The translations under genes and the position numbers were made by a program. DNA of 63,098 nt, the filler included. It is 13 parts of 13 records of this genome, joined end to end, with 100 filler letters (N's around TTAATTAATTAA, not from the genome) between each part and the next. Parts side by side here need not be neighbours in the genome. Positions count along the whole stretch, not along the records: positions 32,733 to 35,794 come from SRR20825015_260; positions 35,895 to 40,257 come from SRR20825015_265; positions 40,358 to 44,010 come from SRR20825015_269; 10 more parts are not named here. One strand, given 5' to 3'. Under the pieces are notes generated by a model that was given only the letters and a program-made list of their open reading frames with translations, was not told the DNA's origin and ran no database searches. Numbering within the stretch: position 1 is the stretch's first letter; every line of letters begins with the position of its first letter. Below, one piece after another: positions 32,733 to 42,871 of the stretch.

Positions 32733-33218
32733 AATGTCCGTTTCTGGATGGGCTTTGGCGAACGCTACATCAACGTCTTTACAGTTTTGAAGAACCTCGG
32801 TCTGCTTTCAGAACAGCCGGTAATGACAGCGGAAGGTCAGGAAGTGGTGCCGCTGAAGGTGGTCAAGGCTGTGCTTCCGGACCCTTCCTCACTGGCACCG
32901 AACTACACTGGCAAGACCTGCATCGGTGATTTCGTCAAGGGTACAAAAGACGGTAACCCCGCAGAAGTCTTCATCTATAACGTCTCCGACCACAAGGAGG
33001 CTTATAACGAAGTCGGTTCGCAGGGTATTTCTTTCACCGCAGGTGTTCCCCCGGTCGCCGCCGCCATGCTGGTTGCCTCGGGCGAATGGGATGTGAAGAC
33101 CATGGCCAATGTGGAGGAACTGCCGCCGAAGCCGTTCCTGCATATTCTGAACCACATCGGTCTGCCGACCCGTATAAAGGATGAAAACGGCGACCGGGCT
33201 CTCGATTTTTCGAAGTGA
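32733..33218 (+). CDS. Carboxy(nor)spermidine dehydrogenase (saccharopine dehydrogenase family), 5'-truncated
   Basis: RFWMGFGERYI, VVPLKVVKAVLPDPSSLAPNYTGKTCIG, EVGSQGISFTAGVPP. Confidence 0.85.
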   Translation, partial: NVRFWMGFGERYINVFTVLKNLGLLSEQPVMTAEGQEVVPLKVVKAVLPDPSSLAPNYTGKTCIGDFVKGTKDGNPAEVFIYNVSDHKEAYNEVGSQGISFTAGVPPVAAAMLVASGEWDVKTMANVEELPPKPFLHILNHIGLPTRIKDENGDRALDFSK

Positions 33219-33243
33219 TCTCACACGTCATTTGAAGCATTTC

Positions 33244-33271
33244 AACCCGCCGGATTCCGGCGGGTTTATTA
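33244..33271 (+). terminator. Intrinsic terminator
   Basis: AACCCGCCGG-ATT-CCGGCGGGTT followed by a T-rich tail. Confidence 0.85.
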
Positions 33272-33464
33272 TTGTACATCATATAATATAAAAATAAAAT
33301 ATTACAAATATACTGAACAGAATCCCTTTAATTCCGGTTAAATAAAAATAATTTAATGTTATGACCGCCCATATCATATTTTTACTATAAATTTTCCAGA
33401 TTTACGCCATCTTTCCATGCGTCTCATGGTTGCAATTGCAGTCAATGTGAAACGGGAAGATGAA

Positions 33465-35078
33465 ATGAAGTTTGATTACGTGATTGTCGGCGGTGGTTCC
33501 GCAGGTTCGGTCCTCGCATCAAGACTGACCGAAAATCCCAACACAACTGTATGTCTTCTTGAAGCCGGTGGCGAAGGAAAGCATATACTCATCCGAATGC
33601 CCGCTGGCCTTGTCATCATGATGCCCGGATACGGACATATCTCGAACTGGGCCTTCGACACCGTTCCTCAGCCCGGCCTCAACGGTCGCAAAGGCTATCA
33701 GCCGCGTGGCAAGGCGCTTGGCGGTTCGAGTGCCATCAACGGTATGCTGTATGTCCGTGGACACCGCGATGACTATGACAGCTGGGCCGAACAGGGCTGC
33801 GATGGCTGGAACTGGGAAACCTGCCTGCCCTATTTTCGCAAGGCAGAAAACCATGAAGACGGCGCCGGAGATTTCCACGGCGGAGACGGGCCGTTACAGG
33901 TTTCACACCAGAAAACCCCAAGACCGATTGTCGATGCCTTCATTGAAGCCGGAACACAACACCAGATTCCCCATGTCGAGGACTTCAATACCGGCGATAA
34001 TGAAGGAATTGGTCAGTATCAGGTCACCCAGTTTCACTCCAGGGCGAAAAACGGCGAGCGTTGCTCCGCCGCTGCCGGTTATCTGCATCCGGTCATGCAC
34101 AGGCCAAACCTGACCGTGATAACGCGCGCTCACGCCACAAAAATCGGTTTCGACGGGAAACAGGCAACCGGCGTTCATTATACCCGCCAAGGGAAGACAG
34201 CGTTCGTCGAAGCCGGACGGGAGGTGATCCTTTGCGGCGGTGCATTCAATTCTCCGCAGCTTCTGCAGCTGTCCGGCGTGGGACGGCCTGAAGATATTCA
34301 AAAGCACGGTATCAATATGGTGCATGAGTTACCGGGGGTCGGCCAGAACCTTCAGGATCATCTGGACTTTATCCTTGCCTACAAGTCAAAGGAAAAGAAC
34401 CTGTTTGGCGTTGGGTTGGGCGCTGTACCCAAAATGCTGCGGCAGGTGCTGCGCTGGCGCAAGGATGGTACCGGCATGATGGCCAGCCCCTATGCCGAGG
34501 GCGCGGCATTCTTCAAAACCGATCCCCAATTGCCTCACGCCGATGTGCAGATACACTTCGTCGTGTCGATCGTTGATGATCATGCGCGCAAACTGCACAT
34601 GGGTTACGGCTTTTCAAGCCATGTCTGCGCACTGCGGCCCTATTCGCGTGGATCGGTCTTCCTTCAAAGTGCTGATCCGCTGGCCGCGCCCGGCATCGAC
34701 CCCCGCTTCCTTGATGACGACCGTGATCTTCAGACTCTGATCAAAGGCGCAAAGAAAATGCGCGAAATCATGTATACGCCGCCATTGAGTTCGTACATCC
34801 ACAAGGAACTATTCGATGTGCGAGACAATATGAGTGACGCTGACTGGGAAGCTCTGATCCGTCAGCGTTCCGATACGATCTATCACCCTGTCGGCACCTG
34901 CAAGATGGGCACGGACGAGATGGCCGTTGTAGACCCGAACCTGCGCGTTCATGGACTGGACAGACTGCGCGTCGTTGATGCTTCTGTCATGCCGAGCCTG
35001 GTGGGTGGCAATACAAATGCACCAACGATCATGATCGCCGAACGCGCCGCCGATATCATTCGAGCCGAGAACGGATAG
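33465..35078 (+). CDS. GMC-family FAD oxidoreductase (AlkJ/choline-dehydrogenase-like alcohol dehydrogenase)
   Basis: [65 protein letters not shown]. Confidence 0.93.
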   Translation: MKFDYVIVGGGSAGSVLASRLTENPNTTVCLLEAGGEGKHILIRMPAGLVIMMPGYGHISNWAFDTVPQPGLNGRKGYQPRGKALGGSSAINGMLYVRGHRDDYDSWAEQGCDGWNWETCLPYFRKAENHEDGAGDFHGGDGPLQVSHQKTPRPIVDAFIEAGTQHQIPHVEDFNTGDNEGIGQYQVTQFHSRAKNGERCSAAAGYLHPVMHRPNLTVITRAHATKIGFDGKQATGVHYTRQGKTAFVEAGREVILCGGAFNSPQLLQLSGVGRPEDIQKHGINMVHELPGVGQNLQDHLDFILAYKSKEKNLFGVGLGAVPKMLRQVLRWRKDGTGMMASPYAEGAAFFKTDPQLPHADVQIHFVVSIVDDHARKLHMGYGFSSHVCALRPYSRGSVFLQSADPLAAPGIDPRFLDDDRDLQTLIKGAKKMREIMYTPPLSSYIHKELFDVRDNMSDADWEALIRQRSDTIYHPVGTCKMGTDEMAVVDPNLRVHGLDRLRVVDASVMPSLVGGNTNAPTIMIAERAADIIRAENG

Positions 35079-35161
35079 TTCTCAAACGGAAGGGTCTGCC
35101 GGGGTTTTTCCTGCGCCGTTTCATGCTAGAAAACAGCAGGTAAACACAGGCGGGCCCTGCC

Positions 35162-35794
35162 ATGTCACTGAACGACAAACGCATTCTTCTGATCATTTCC
35201 GGCGGCATCGCCGCTTACAAAAGTCTCGATCTGATCCGCAGGCTGAAGGAGCGCGGCGCGCATGTAACGCCGATTATGACGAAATCCGCGCAGGAGTTCA
35301 TCACACCTCTGGCTGTTGGTGCACTTTCCGGTGGTCATGTCTTCACCGATCTGTTTTCAAGGACCGATGAGCAGGATGTTGGCCATATCCGGCTGGCACG
35401 GGAAAACGACCTGATCGTCGTCGCACCTGCCACTGCCAACCTGATGGCGAAGGTTGCCAATGGCATCGCCGATGATCTGGCAAGCGCGGTGCTGCTGGCA
35501 CGCGATTGCCCACTCCTTCTGGCACCTGCGATGAACCCGAAAATGTGGTCCGCCAGATCAACCCGGCGCAATATTGAAACGCTTATTGGCGATGGCGTGA
35601 TGACCATCGGCCCTGTGGCAGGCGAAATGGCGGAAAACGGAGAGGCCGGAACCGGCCGCATGGCCGAGCCGCTGGAGATCGTCGCGGCCATCGAATGCTT
35701 TTTCGATGAAACGCCGAAGCCACTTGCCGGAAAACGCGCTATCGTCACCTCCGGCCCCACACATGAGCCAATTGATCCGGTGCGCTATATCGCC
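35162..35794 (+). CDS. coaBC: CoaBC, 3'-truncated
   Basis: [40 protein letters not shown]. Confidence 0.96.
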
Positions 35795-35894
35795 NNNNNN
35801 NNNNNNNNNNNNNNNNNNNNNNNNNNNNNNNNNNNNNNTTAATTAATTAANNNNNNNNNNNNNNNNNNNNNNNNNNNNNNNNNNNNNNNNNNNN

Positions 35895-35919
35895 TCCTCG
35901 GGTCAAGCCCGAGGATGAC
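35895..35919. repeat. REP-like palindrome (GTCAT/CGTC-type) at contig start
   Basis: TCCTCGGG-TCAAG-CCCGAGGA-TGAC; the reverse complement occurs at 44111-44134. Confidence 0.8.
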
Positions 35920-35950
35920 ACGGATAGGCAGGCGGGTTTGTCAATAAACC

Positions 35951-35980
35951 AAAGGCCACGCCCGAAGGCGCGGCCTTTTT
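35951..35980. terminator. Bidirectional intrinsic terminator
   Basis: AAAGGCCACGCC-CGAA-GGCGCGGCCTTTTT. Confidence 0.75.
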
Positions 35981-36052
35981 GGTACGGATCACCCGCGAGC
36001 AAGCTCAAGCAGGTCTGATCCATCTTTGCCTACATGCGGCGCGTCAGATGCT

Positions 36053-36220
36053 CTAGAACGTCGCGCCGCCGGCGCGCTTGCCCTTGAGGTCGGCGCGGGA
36101 CTTGCCCATTGCGTTGAGCGATGCGTCGTCGAGGCGCAGCAGGGCGTCGGCGACGAAACGGTCGGCCTGACGCTGGCGGGCATCGGTGAGGTTCTTGTAG
36201 GCGGTACGGAAAAAGCCCAT
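36053..36220 (-). CDS. 55-aa small protein, DUF1127-like (not in the ORF track)
   Basis: MGFFRTAYKNLTDARQRQADRFVADALLRLDDASLNAMGKSRADLKGKRAGGATF; GGGAG SD; terminator downstream; LDD..L...G..R.DL motif. Confidence 0.75.
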   Translation of the reverse strand: MGFFRTAYKNLTDARQRQADRFVADALLRLDDASLNAMGKSRADLKGKRAGGATF

Positions 36221-36566
36221 TCTGGTAACTCCCTGTCTTGATGATCGAGATGCGGTGTCTGCCGCCGATCCAATCGGCCCCTGCCGCTGTCAAACCGGTC
36301 ATCCGGTTCGGCGCGAGGCCTTCATCGATCAACTGTGCCCAATATAGGGGCATGCCCGGCGCTGAGGCAGATAGGCAGGTTCATGGGAGCCATGCGGCTA
36401 CTGCATGCATTGTCTTTCGTGTTTCGTCGCGATTGCGCCTCTCGCGCGGTAGCGGCCTGTGGCAAAGGCCATGACCGTGTGGCCACCGGAAAACGGCGGA
36501 AAACGATTCCGATCCGGTTCGGGATCGGCTATCGTCGCGCCGACAATGATCCGGTGGTATTTATTC

Positions 36567-38417
36567 ATGTTTCAGACTTTCGACGTCTCCTCCCGCCCCG
36601 AACAGGCCGCTCCGCGCATCGCCGCTCTTCGCGCGCGGTTTCCCGCTCTGGGCATCAACGCCTTTCTGGTGCCGCGCACCGATGAATATCAGGGCGAATA
36701 TGTGCCCGCATCGGCCGAACGGCTCGCCTGGCTGACCGGCTTTACCGGCTCGGCGGGGATCGCGCTGGTGATGGAAAACCAGGCGGTGGTGTTCGTCGAT
36801 GGCCGCTACACCACGCAGCTTGCCGCCCAGACCGACGCCGATCTGATCACGGCCGGCGATCTGGTCAACAGCCCGCCGCCGGCATGGCTTGGCGAACACA
36901 AGCCGAAGCGGTTGAAACTCGGCATCGATCCCTGGCTGCATACGCCGGCGGAGGTTGAAAAGCTGCAATCGGCGCTGGCCGGTATCGACGGCGAACTGGT
37001 GCTGCTTTCCGAAAATCCGGTCGACGGCATCTGGACGGATCGCCCGGCAGCGCCCTCCGCGCCCGTGACGGTACAGCATCCCGACCGTGCCGGACAATCG
37101 GCCGGGGAAAAGGTCGCGGCTGTTGCCGCAACGCTCAGGGAGAAGAACGCGGATGCGGTGCTGATCGCCGATTCGACCTCGGTTGCCTGGCTGTTCAACA
37201 TTCGCGGTAATGACGTTGCCCATACGCCCGCGCCGCTGTCGCGCGCGATCGTGAAGGCGGATGGATCGGCGATGCTGTTCCTGACGCCAGGGAAGGTGGC
37301 CGGAGAAGCCGATGCTCATCTGAAGCTGCTCGCCTCGCTTTGGCCGCCGGAAGCCGTTTCCGACGCGCTCTCGGCGATCGCGACGGCGGGCGAAACCCTC
37401 CTCATCGATCGCGCGGCGGTGCCCTATGCCGTTGTGCAGATCGTGGAGGCGGCCGGCGGCAAATGGCGGAACGCGCCCGATCCGGTTCCGCCTGCCCGTG
37501 CGATCAAGAACCCGGCGGAGCAGGCGGGCACGCGGGCCGCCCACAGCCAGGACGGTGCCGCCATGGTGTCGTTTCTGGCATGGCTCGATGGCCAGACGCC
37601 GGGCACCGTCAGCGAGATCGATGCGGCGACGGCGCTGGAAACGGCGCGCGCGGAGACCGGAATGCGGATGCAGAACCCGCTTCGCGACATCGCCTTCGAT
37701 ACGATCTCGGGCGCCGGGCCGAATGCCGCGATCATCCATTACCGCGTCACGAATGAGACCAACCGCATGCTGCAATCCGGCGAGATGTATCTCGTCGATT
37801 CCGGCGCGCAGTATCAGAACGGCACCACCGATATCACGCGCACGCTGGCGATCGGCGATGTCGACGACGCGCAGAAGAAATTCTTCACGCTGGTGCTGAA
37901 AGGCATGATCGCGATTTCGCGCGCGCGCTTTCCGGCGGGCACGCGCGGCATGGATATCGACCCGCTCGCCCGGACGGCGCTCTGGCAGGCCGGCGTCGAT
38001 TATGCCCACGGGACCGGTCACGGCGTCGGTTCCTATCTTTCGGTTCATGAGGGACCGCAGCGGATATCGCGGCTGGGCTCCGCCGAGCTGAAGCCGGGCA
38101 TGATTCTCTCCAACGAGCCCGGCTATTATCGCCCGGGGGCCTTCGGAATCCGGATCGAAAATCTGGTTCTTGTGAAAGAGGCAGAGCCGATCGAGGGCGG
38201 CGAAATCCCGATGCTCGGCTTCGAAACCCTGACCTGGTGCCCGATCGATCTCCGGCTGATACTGCCTTCGCTTTTGAGTCCCGAGGAGACGGCCTGGCTC
38301 GACGCCTATCACCGCGAGGTTTTCGAAAAACTTGCCCCCCTGATCGCGAGCGATGGCGAGCGGCGCTGGCTGGAACAGGCCACCCGGCCGCTCGGCTTTC
38401 AGGCGATGACGACGTAA
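36567..38417 (+). CDS. Xaa-Pro aminopeptidase (aminopeptidase P, M24B)
   Basis: WLTGFTGSAG, DSGAQYQNGTTDITRT, HGTGHGVGSYLSVHEGP, SNEPGYY, GIRIENL. Confidence 0.95.
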   Translation: MFQTFDVSSRPEQAAPRIAALRARFPALGINAFLVPRTDEYQGEYVPASAERLAWLTGFTGSAGIALVMENQAVVFVDGRYTTQLAAQTDADLITAGDLVNSPPPAWLGEHKPKRLKLGIDPWLHTPAEVEKLQSALAGIDGELVLLSENPVDGIWTDRPAAPSAPVTVQHPDRAGQSAGEKVAAVAATLREKNADAVLIADSTSVAWLFNIRGNDVAHTPAPLSRAIVKADGSAMLFLTPGKVAGEADAHLKLLASLWPPEAVSDALSAIATAGETLLIDRAAVPYAVVQIVEAAGGKWRNAPDPVPPARAIKNPAEQAGTRAAHSQDGAAMVSFLAWLDGQTPGTVSEIDAATALETARAETGMRMQNPLRDIAFDTISGAGPNAAIIHYRVTNETNRMLQSGEMYLVDSGAQYQNGTTDITRTLAIGDVDDAQKKFFTLVLKGMIAISRARFPAGTRGMDIDPLARTALWQAGVDYAHGTGHGVGSYLSVHEGPQRISRLGSAELKPGMILSNEPGYYRPGAFGIRIENLVLVKEAEPIEGGEIPMLGFETLTWCPIDLRLILPSLLSPEETAWLDAYHREVFEKLAPLIASDGERRWLEQATRPLGFQAMTT

Positions 38418-38716
38418 CGCGCGACCATCACCACCGACCAGCCGACGGCGATCATCGGCAGCGGCGAGGTGTAGCGCAGCCCGAGCAGCAGGGCCGCGGC
38501 CATGGCGAGTTTCGTGTCCCACCCTCCGGCATAGAAGGCGGGCGCGACCAGCGTCGTCAGCACCGCCGCCGGAATGGCGTTGAGCGCGGCTTCGACGCGT
38601 GGCGGGATATGCGAGACCACCGACAGCAGCAGGTAGCCCGATATCCGCGTCAGATAGGTGACGAGGGCAGCGGCCAGGATGACAAGCATGATATGGTCGT
38701 CGGTGAAATTGCTCAC
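38399..38716 (-). CDS. azlD: AzlD-family membrane protein
   Basis: TYLTRISG, EAALNAIPAAVLTTLVAP; translationally coupled to azlC. Confidence 0.85.
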   Translation of the reverse strand: MSNFTDDHIMLVILAAALVTYLTRISGYLLLSVVSHIPPRVEAALNAIPAAVLTTLVAPAFYAGGWDTKLAMAAALLLGLRYTSPLPMIAVGWSVVMVARYVVIA

Positions 38717-39417
38717 GGATTTTCCGCCTTTCCGGCAGGTCGCGGCGGAAGGGCTGCGGCCAGCAGAACGCCCGCGATGGCCCCGACGCTGACATGCCAG
38801 GGCGAGCCGATGGTGATGAAGGCGAGCACCGAACCGATGGAGCTGACGGCCACCACCGGCAGATAATTGGCGCGATGCCTGAAGCCGATGACGATGCTCA
38901 GAAAATAGATCGGGAGCAGCACGTCGAGCCCGAGGGCCTCAGGATTGGTGATGAAGCCGCCGAGCGTTGCCCCGATCATCGTCATGGCGTTCCATATCGC
39001 GTAGAAACAGAGCGCAACGCCGATGTACCAGGTGAAGGTCACCGGCGTGCCGGCATCCTCCCGCTTCAGCGTTTCGGCGAATTGCGGATCGGTGAGGAAG
39101 AAGAAAGACGCAAAGCGCTCGGCTCTTGAAAAACGCCTGAAGATCGGCGTCACGGCCGCCGAATAGAGCACGTGCCGAAAATTGACCGCGAGGATCGAAG
39201 CCACGATGATCCAGGCCGCGACATGCTGCCCGAAGAGCTCGACGCCCACGAGCTGACTCGCGCCGGCAAACATCGCAAGGCTCATCAGCGCGGCCTCGGC
39301 AACGCTTTGCCCCTGCGCCACGGCGACGGCGCCGAACAGGACGCCGAAGGGGGCCGCCGAAAGCGCCGGCACCAGGCCGGAGCGAAGCCCGGTCAGGAAT
39401 TCGCGTGTGTCAGCCAA
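38713..39417 (-). CDS. azlC: AzlC-family branched-chain amino-acid exporter
   Basis: PFGVLFG, MFAGASQ, VNFRHVLYSA, LTDPQFA. Confidence 0.9.
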   Translation of the reverse strand: MADTREFLTGLRSGLVPALSAAPFGVLFGAVAVAQGQSVAEAALMSLAMFAGASQLVGVELFGQHVAAWIIVASILAVNFRHVLYSAAVTPIFRRFSRAERFASFFFLTDPQFAETLKREDAGTPVTFTWYIGVALCFYAIWNAMTMIGATLGGFITNPEALGLDVLLPIYFLSIVIGFRHRANYLPVVAVSSIGSVLAFITIGSPWHVSVGAIAGVLLAAALPPRPAGKAENP

Positions 39418-39572
39418 GATAGAGACCTCCCGTCGTCGGGGGCGGGGAATAGGAAGCGGTCATGGGGCGGTACGTGTGGTTGCGGGCGGGGAAGGACGTA
39501 TTTCCACCATGGGTTAGCCGGTCGAGGTCCGAAACACAAATCAGATCCGTTGATGGATCGATCAAGTTTTTC

Positions 39573-40199
39573 TCAACCCGAGATGGCGGTCTCGCTGTCG
39601 ATGATCTCGACGCCGGCGTCGCGCATCTCGTTGATCGCGCTCCTGACGCCCTCGGGGTCGATCCCACGGCAGCCGTCCACGATCAGGCGGACCTTCACAT
39701 CCGGCAGCATGGTTACGGCGTCGAGCGCGGAAAACCTGACGCAGTAATCCGTCGCCAACCCCAGAATATCGAGCGTTCCGACCGATTTATGCCGCAGATA
39801 GGCGTCGAGGCCGGTCACCGCGTTACGGTCGTTGTCACGAAAGGCCGAATAGGAGTCGACCGCGGGGTTCTCGCCCTTGCGCTGGACATGGTCGATCGCG
39901 GCGACATTCAGATCGGGGTGGAAATCGGCGTCGGGCGTGTTCTGGACGCAGTGATCGGGCCACATCACCTGCGGCTTTCCCGAAAGCTCGCCCATGTCGA
40001 AGGGCTGCTTGTCGGGATGGGCGGAGGCAAACGAACCGTGGCCCGGCGGATGCCAGTCCTGCGAGGCGACGATCAATCCGTAGCCGCCGTTTTCGATCAG
40101 CCGGTTGGCGACCGGCACCACGGCATCGCCATCGGCGACGGCAAGATTTCCGCCCGGGCAAAAACCGTTCTGGATATCGACCAGCAGCAACGCTTTCAT
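39573..40199 (-). CDS. pncA: Nicotinamidase/pyrazinamidase
   Basis: LLVDIQNGFCPGGNLAV, SQDWHP..H.SFAS, WPDHCVQ, GLATDYCV. Confidence 0.95.
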   Translation of the reverse strand: MKALLLVDIQNGFCPGGNLAVADGDAVVPVANRLIENGGYGLIVASQDWHPPGHGSFASAHPDKQPFDMGELSGKPQVMWPDHCVQNTPDADFHPDLNVAAIDHVQRKGENPAVDSYSAFRDNDRNAVTGLDAYLRHKSVGTLDILGLATDYCVRFSALDAVTMLPDVKVRLIVDGCRGIDPEGVRSAINEMRDAGVEIIDSETAISG

Positions 40200-40214
40200 C
40201 TCTCACCTCATATC

Positions 40215-40257
40215 GAGCGCGTCCAGGAAAAGTGGACACCGGTTTTCCGTCCGGACG
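40215..40257. repeat. Rhizobiales palindromic interspersed repeat (BRU-RS/RIME-like), truncated at contig end
   Basis: GAGCGCGTCCAGGAAAAGTGGACACCGGTTTTCCGTCCGGACG with nested inverted repeats CGTCC/GGACG and GGAAAA/TTTTCC. Confidence 0.7.
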
Positions 40258-40357
40258 NNNNNNNNNNNNNNNNNNNNNNNNNNNNNNNNNNNNNNNNNNN
40301 NTTAATTAATTAANNNNNNNNNNNNNNNNNNNNNNNNNNNNNNNNNNNNNNNNNNNN

Positions 40358-40387
40358 CAGGGCGGCGGTGGCTGCGAACTTGTTCAT
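40358..40387 (-). CDS. N-terminus of a probable secreted protein (truncated)
   Basis: MNKFAATAAL after a strong AAGGAG SD; signal-peptide-like. Confidence 0.55.
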
Positions 40388-40650
40388 GATGAAACTCCTT
40401 TGATCATCATTGCATCGTTTGATGACCGGGAGATGGGATTTAATCATCTGATTAACAAGTCTCCGTTTTAGAGCCGCAGCGTCGTTTTTTTGTTGACGAC
40501 CGCTCGCGCCTATTCTTCGAAGCCATTGTTGTCGCTTTATTTTTCAAGATACAAACGCCGATTCCGAGCGCGATTCAGTTGATAAATCAAATGATTAAAT
40601 AGCGCATGATAGCCGGCTGCGGCAGGCCCGCGGCGGCTGCGGCAGGCAAC

Positions 40651-40678
40651 AAAAAAACCCGGCCGCAAGGCCGGGCTT
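40651..40678 (-). terminator. Intrinsic terminator after tal
   Basis: A7-CCCGGCC-GCAA-GGCCGGG: hairpin followed by U7 on the minus strand. Confidence 0.85.
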
Positions 40679-40703
40679 CTCAGATTTTCCTTCGAAAAAA
40701 AAA

Positions 40704-41660
40704 TCAGGCGTCGAGCTTTTCCGCCACCAGCGTGCGCAATTTTCCGAGGTCCTTGGCGAAATTGCGGATGCCTTCGGCGAGCTTTTCGGTCGCCATCGGG
40801 TCCTCGTTCATCATCCAGCGGAAGGTTTTCTCGTCGATATCGATCTTGTCTTCGGCCTCGAAGGTCTCGGGCGTCAGCTTGCGCTCCAGCTTGCCATCGT
40901 CGGCCGCGAGTTCTTCAAGCAGGTTCGGCGCGATCGTCAGCCGGTCGCAGCCGGCAAGGCCTTCGATCTCGCCGGTATTGCGGAACGAGGCGCCCATGAC
41001 CACGGTCTTGATGCCGTTGGCCTTGTAATAATTATAGATCGAGCGGACCGAGACCACGCCGGGATCGGTTTCGGCGGTGTAGGTCTCGCCGGTATCCTTC
41101 TTGTACCAGTCGAGAATGCGGCCGACGAAGGGCGAGATCAGGAAAGCGCCGGCGTCGGCGCAGGCGATCGCCTGGCATTTTGAAAACAGCAGCGTCAGAT
41201 TGCAGTCGATGCCTTCCTTCTGAAGGATCTCGCAGGCGCGGATGCCTTCCCAGGTGGAGGCGAGCTTGATCAGGATGCGCTCGCGGCCGATGCCGCGCTC
41301 GTCATAGGCCTTGATGATCGCGCGCGCCTTGGCGACCGAGGCATCGGTATCGAAGGAAAGGTCGGCATCGACCTCGGTGGAAACCCGGCCGGGCACCAGC
41401 TTGACCAGCGCCGCGCCGACATCGATGGCGAGCCTGCTGGCGACGGCAGCGACCACATCATCCTTGGCGCCGCCCTGCTCCTTGCCCCATTTGATCGCCT
41501 CGGCGAAGGCGTCGTCGAACATGTCGGTGGACAGCGCCTTCAGCACGATCGAGGGATTGGTGGTGCAATCGACCGGTTTGAGTTTCTCGACAGCGCGGAT
41601 ATCGCCGGTATCGGCAACGACCGTGGTCATCTCGCGCAATTGATCTAGCTTGGAAGCCAT
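40704..41660 (-). CDS. tal: Transaldolase (TalA/B type)
   Basis: [49 protein letters not shown]. Confidence 0.96.
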   Translation of the reverse strand: MASKLDQLREMTTVVADTGDIRAVEKLKPVDCTTNPSIVLKALSTDMFDDAFAEAIKWGKEQGGAKDDVVAAVASRLAIDVGAALVKLVPGRVSTEVDADLSFDTDASVAKARAIIKAYDERGIGRERILIKLASTWEGIRACEILQKEGIDCNLTLLFSKCQAIACADAGAFLISPFVGRILDWYKKDTGETYTAETDPGVVSVRSIYNYYKANGIKTVVMGASFRNTGEIEGLAGCDRLTIAPNLLEELAADDGKLERKLTPETFEAEDKIDIDEKTFRWMMNEDPMATEKLAEGIRNFAKDLGKLRTLVAEKLDA

Positions 41661-41911
41661 TATCCTCATCCTTCCTTCTATGGCCGGGCCAGAAGGCCGG
41701 CCGCAATCCTGTTCCGCCGAAGCCATCGCGGCGCTCCCGCGATGATAGCGGGTCGCGGTGATGCGTTCATGACTGTTCGCAGACATCGGCCCGCCATGCA
41801 AGAGCGGCGGTTTCCCGGCGACTATCGCAAACGGGGCTTTTCAAAGTCAAGGAAGGATATCGAAATTGCGGGTGGCAGCAGGCCCTGAAACCGGCTGTCC
41901 GGACGCTTCGC

Positions 41912-42796
41912 TCAGGCCTGACCCGCCTCCCAGCCGAGCATCGCCCGTTTGCGGGTCACGCCCCAGTGGTAGCCGGTCAGCGCTCCGGACTTGCCAAGCG
42001 CCCGGTGGCAGGGAACGACAAAGGAAACCGGGTTCCGTCCGATCGCGGCGCCAACCGCGCGCGACGCCTTCGGCCGGCCGATTTCCGCGGCGATATCGGA
42101 ATAGGACTTGGCCTTGCCGAAGGGTATCTTCAAAAGGCTTTCCCAGACCTGAACCTGAAAATCGGTTCCGATCAGCACCACCTTCAGCGGCCGGTCCGAC
42201 GACCATTCCTCCGGATCGAATATCCGTCTGGCATAGGCCGCCGTCGCGCGCTCGTCCTCGATATAGGTGGCGTTGGGCCAGCGCGCCGCCATGTCCTCGA
42301 ATGCGACGCGCTCCTCGCCGGGATCGGCAAAGGCGACGCCGGCAAGCCCGCGATCGGTGATCATCAGCAGCGACCGGCCGAAGGGCGAGGCGTGGAACCC
42401 GTAGCGGATCACCAGGCTCTCGCCGCCGCTCTTCCACTCGCCCGGCGACATCGCCTCGTGGGTGACGAACAGATCGTGCAGGCGGCCGGGGCCGGAAAGG
42501 CCGAGCTCATAGGAGGTGTCGAGCACCGGCAGCCGCTCCTTGCCGAGAAGCTGCTTGGCATGGTCCAGCGTGATCGCCTGCAGAAACGCTTTCGGCGACA
42601 GCCCGGCCCAGCGGGTGAAGGTCTTCTGCAACCCGGTCGGCGACATGCCGAGCCGCTCGGCGATGGTCTCGAGCCCCGGCTGTTCGCGATAATCCTCGCT
42701 GATCATCGTGATCACACTGCGCACCGTGTCGTAATCGGCCCCGCACGGGGTCATTTCGACGGCGCTATCGGATATGCTTTCGAATAAGGCGTTCAT
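41912..42796 (-). CDS. AraC-HTH / methylated-DNA-protein-cysteine methyltransferase (Ada/Ogt-like)
   Basis: FTRWAGLSPK.F, GRLHDLF, GTDFQVQVW, VPCHR active site. Confidence 0.92.
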   Translation of the reverse strand: MNALFESISDSAVEMTPCGADYDTVRSVITMISEDYREQPGLETIAERLGMSPTGLQKTFTRWAGLSPKAFLQAITLDHAKQLLGKERLPVLDTSYELGLSGPGRLHDLFVTHEAMSPGEWKSGGESLVIRYGFHASPFGRSLLMITDRGLAGVAFADPGEERVAFEDMAARWPNATYIEDERATAAYARRIFDPEEWSSDRPLKVVLIGTDFQVQVWESLLKIPFGKAKSYSDIAAEIGRPKASRAVGAAIGRNPVSFVVPCHRALGKSGALTGYHWGVTRKRAMLGWEAGQA

Positions 42797-42871
42797 CGGC
42801 TTCGTGCTCCTTCGTCACGACAGCAAGCACGGTTTTCGCAAGCCCCGCCACCCGATTCTTGCCAGCCGCCT

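Noticed and set aside
11303-35794. Apparent duplication of ubiE/ubiB/coaBC and pirin genes
   Set aside because: Copies are on separate contigs and diverged; they are orthologs from different organisms, not a duplication in one genome.
38399-38417. 19-nt convergent overlap of aminopeptidase P and azlD 3' ends
   Set aside because: Short tail-to-tail overlaps are common in compact GC-rich genomes; no further signal.
36561-38795. Long antisense or alternate-frame ORFs (744 aa here; also 22922-24268, 24957-25964, 60147-62195)
   Set aside because: Shadow ORFs of high-GC codon bias overlapping well-supported genes; no recognisable motifs.
40440-40590. CtrA box (40440-40455) and FNR/FixK box (TTGATAAATCAA, 40579-40590)
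   Set aside because: Spacing is wrong: TTAA-N8-TTAA rather than N7, and TTGAT-N2-ATCAA rather than N4.
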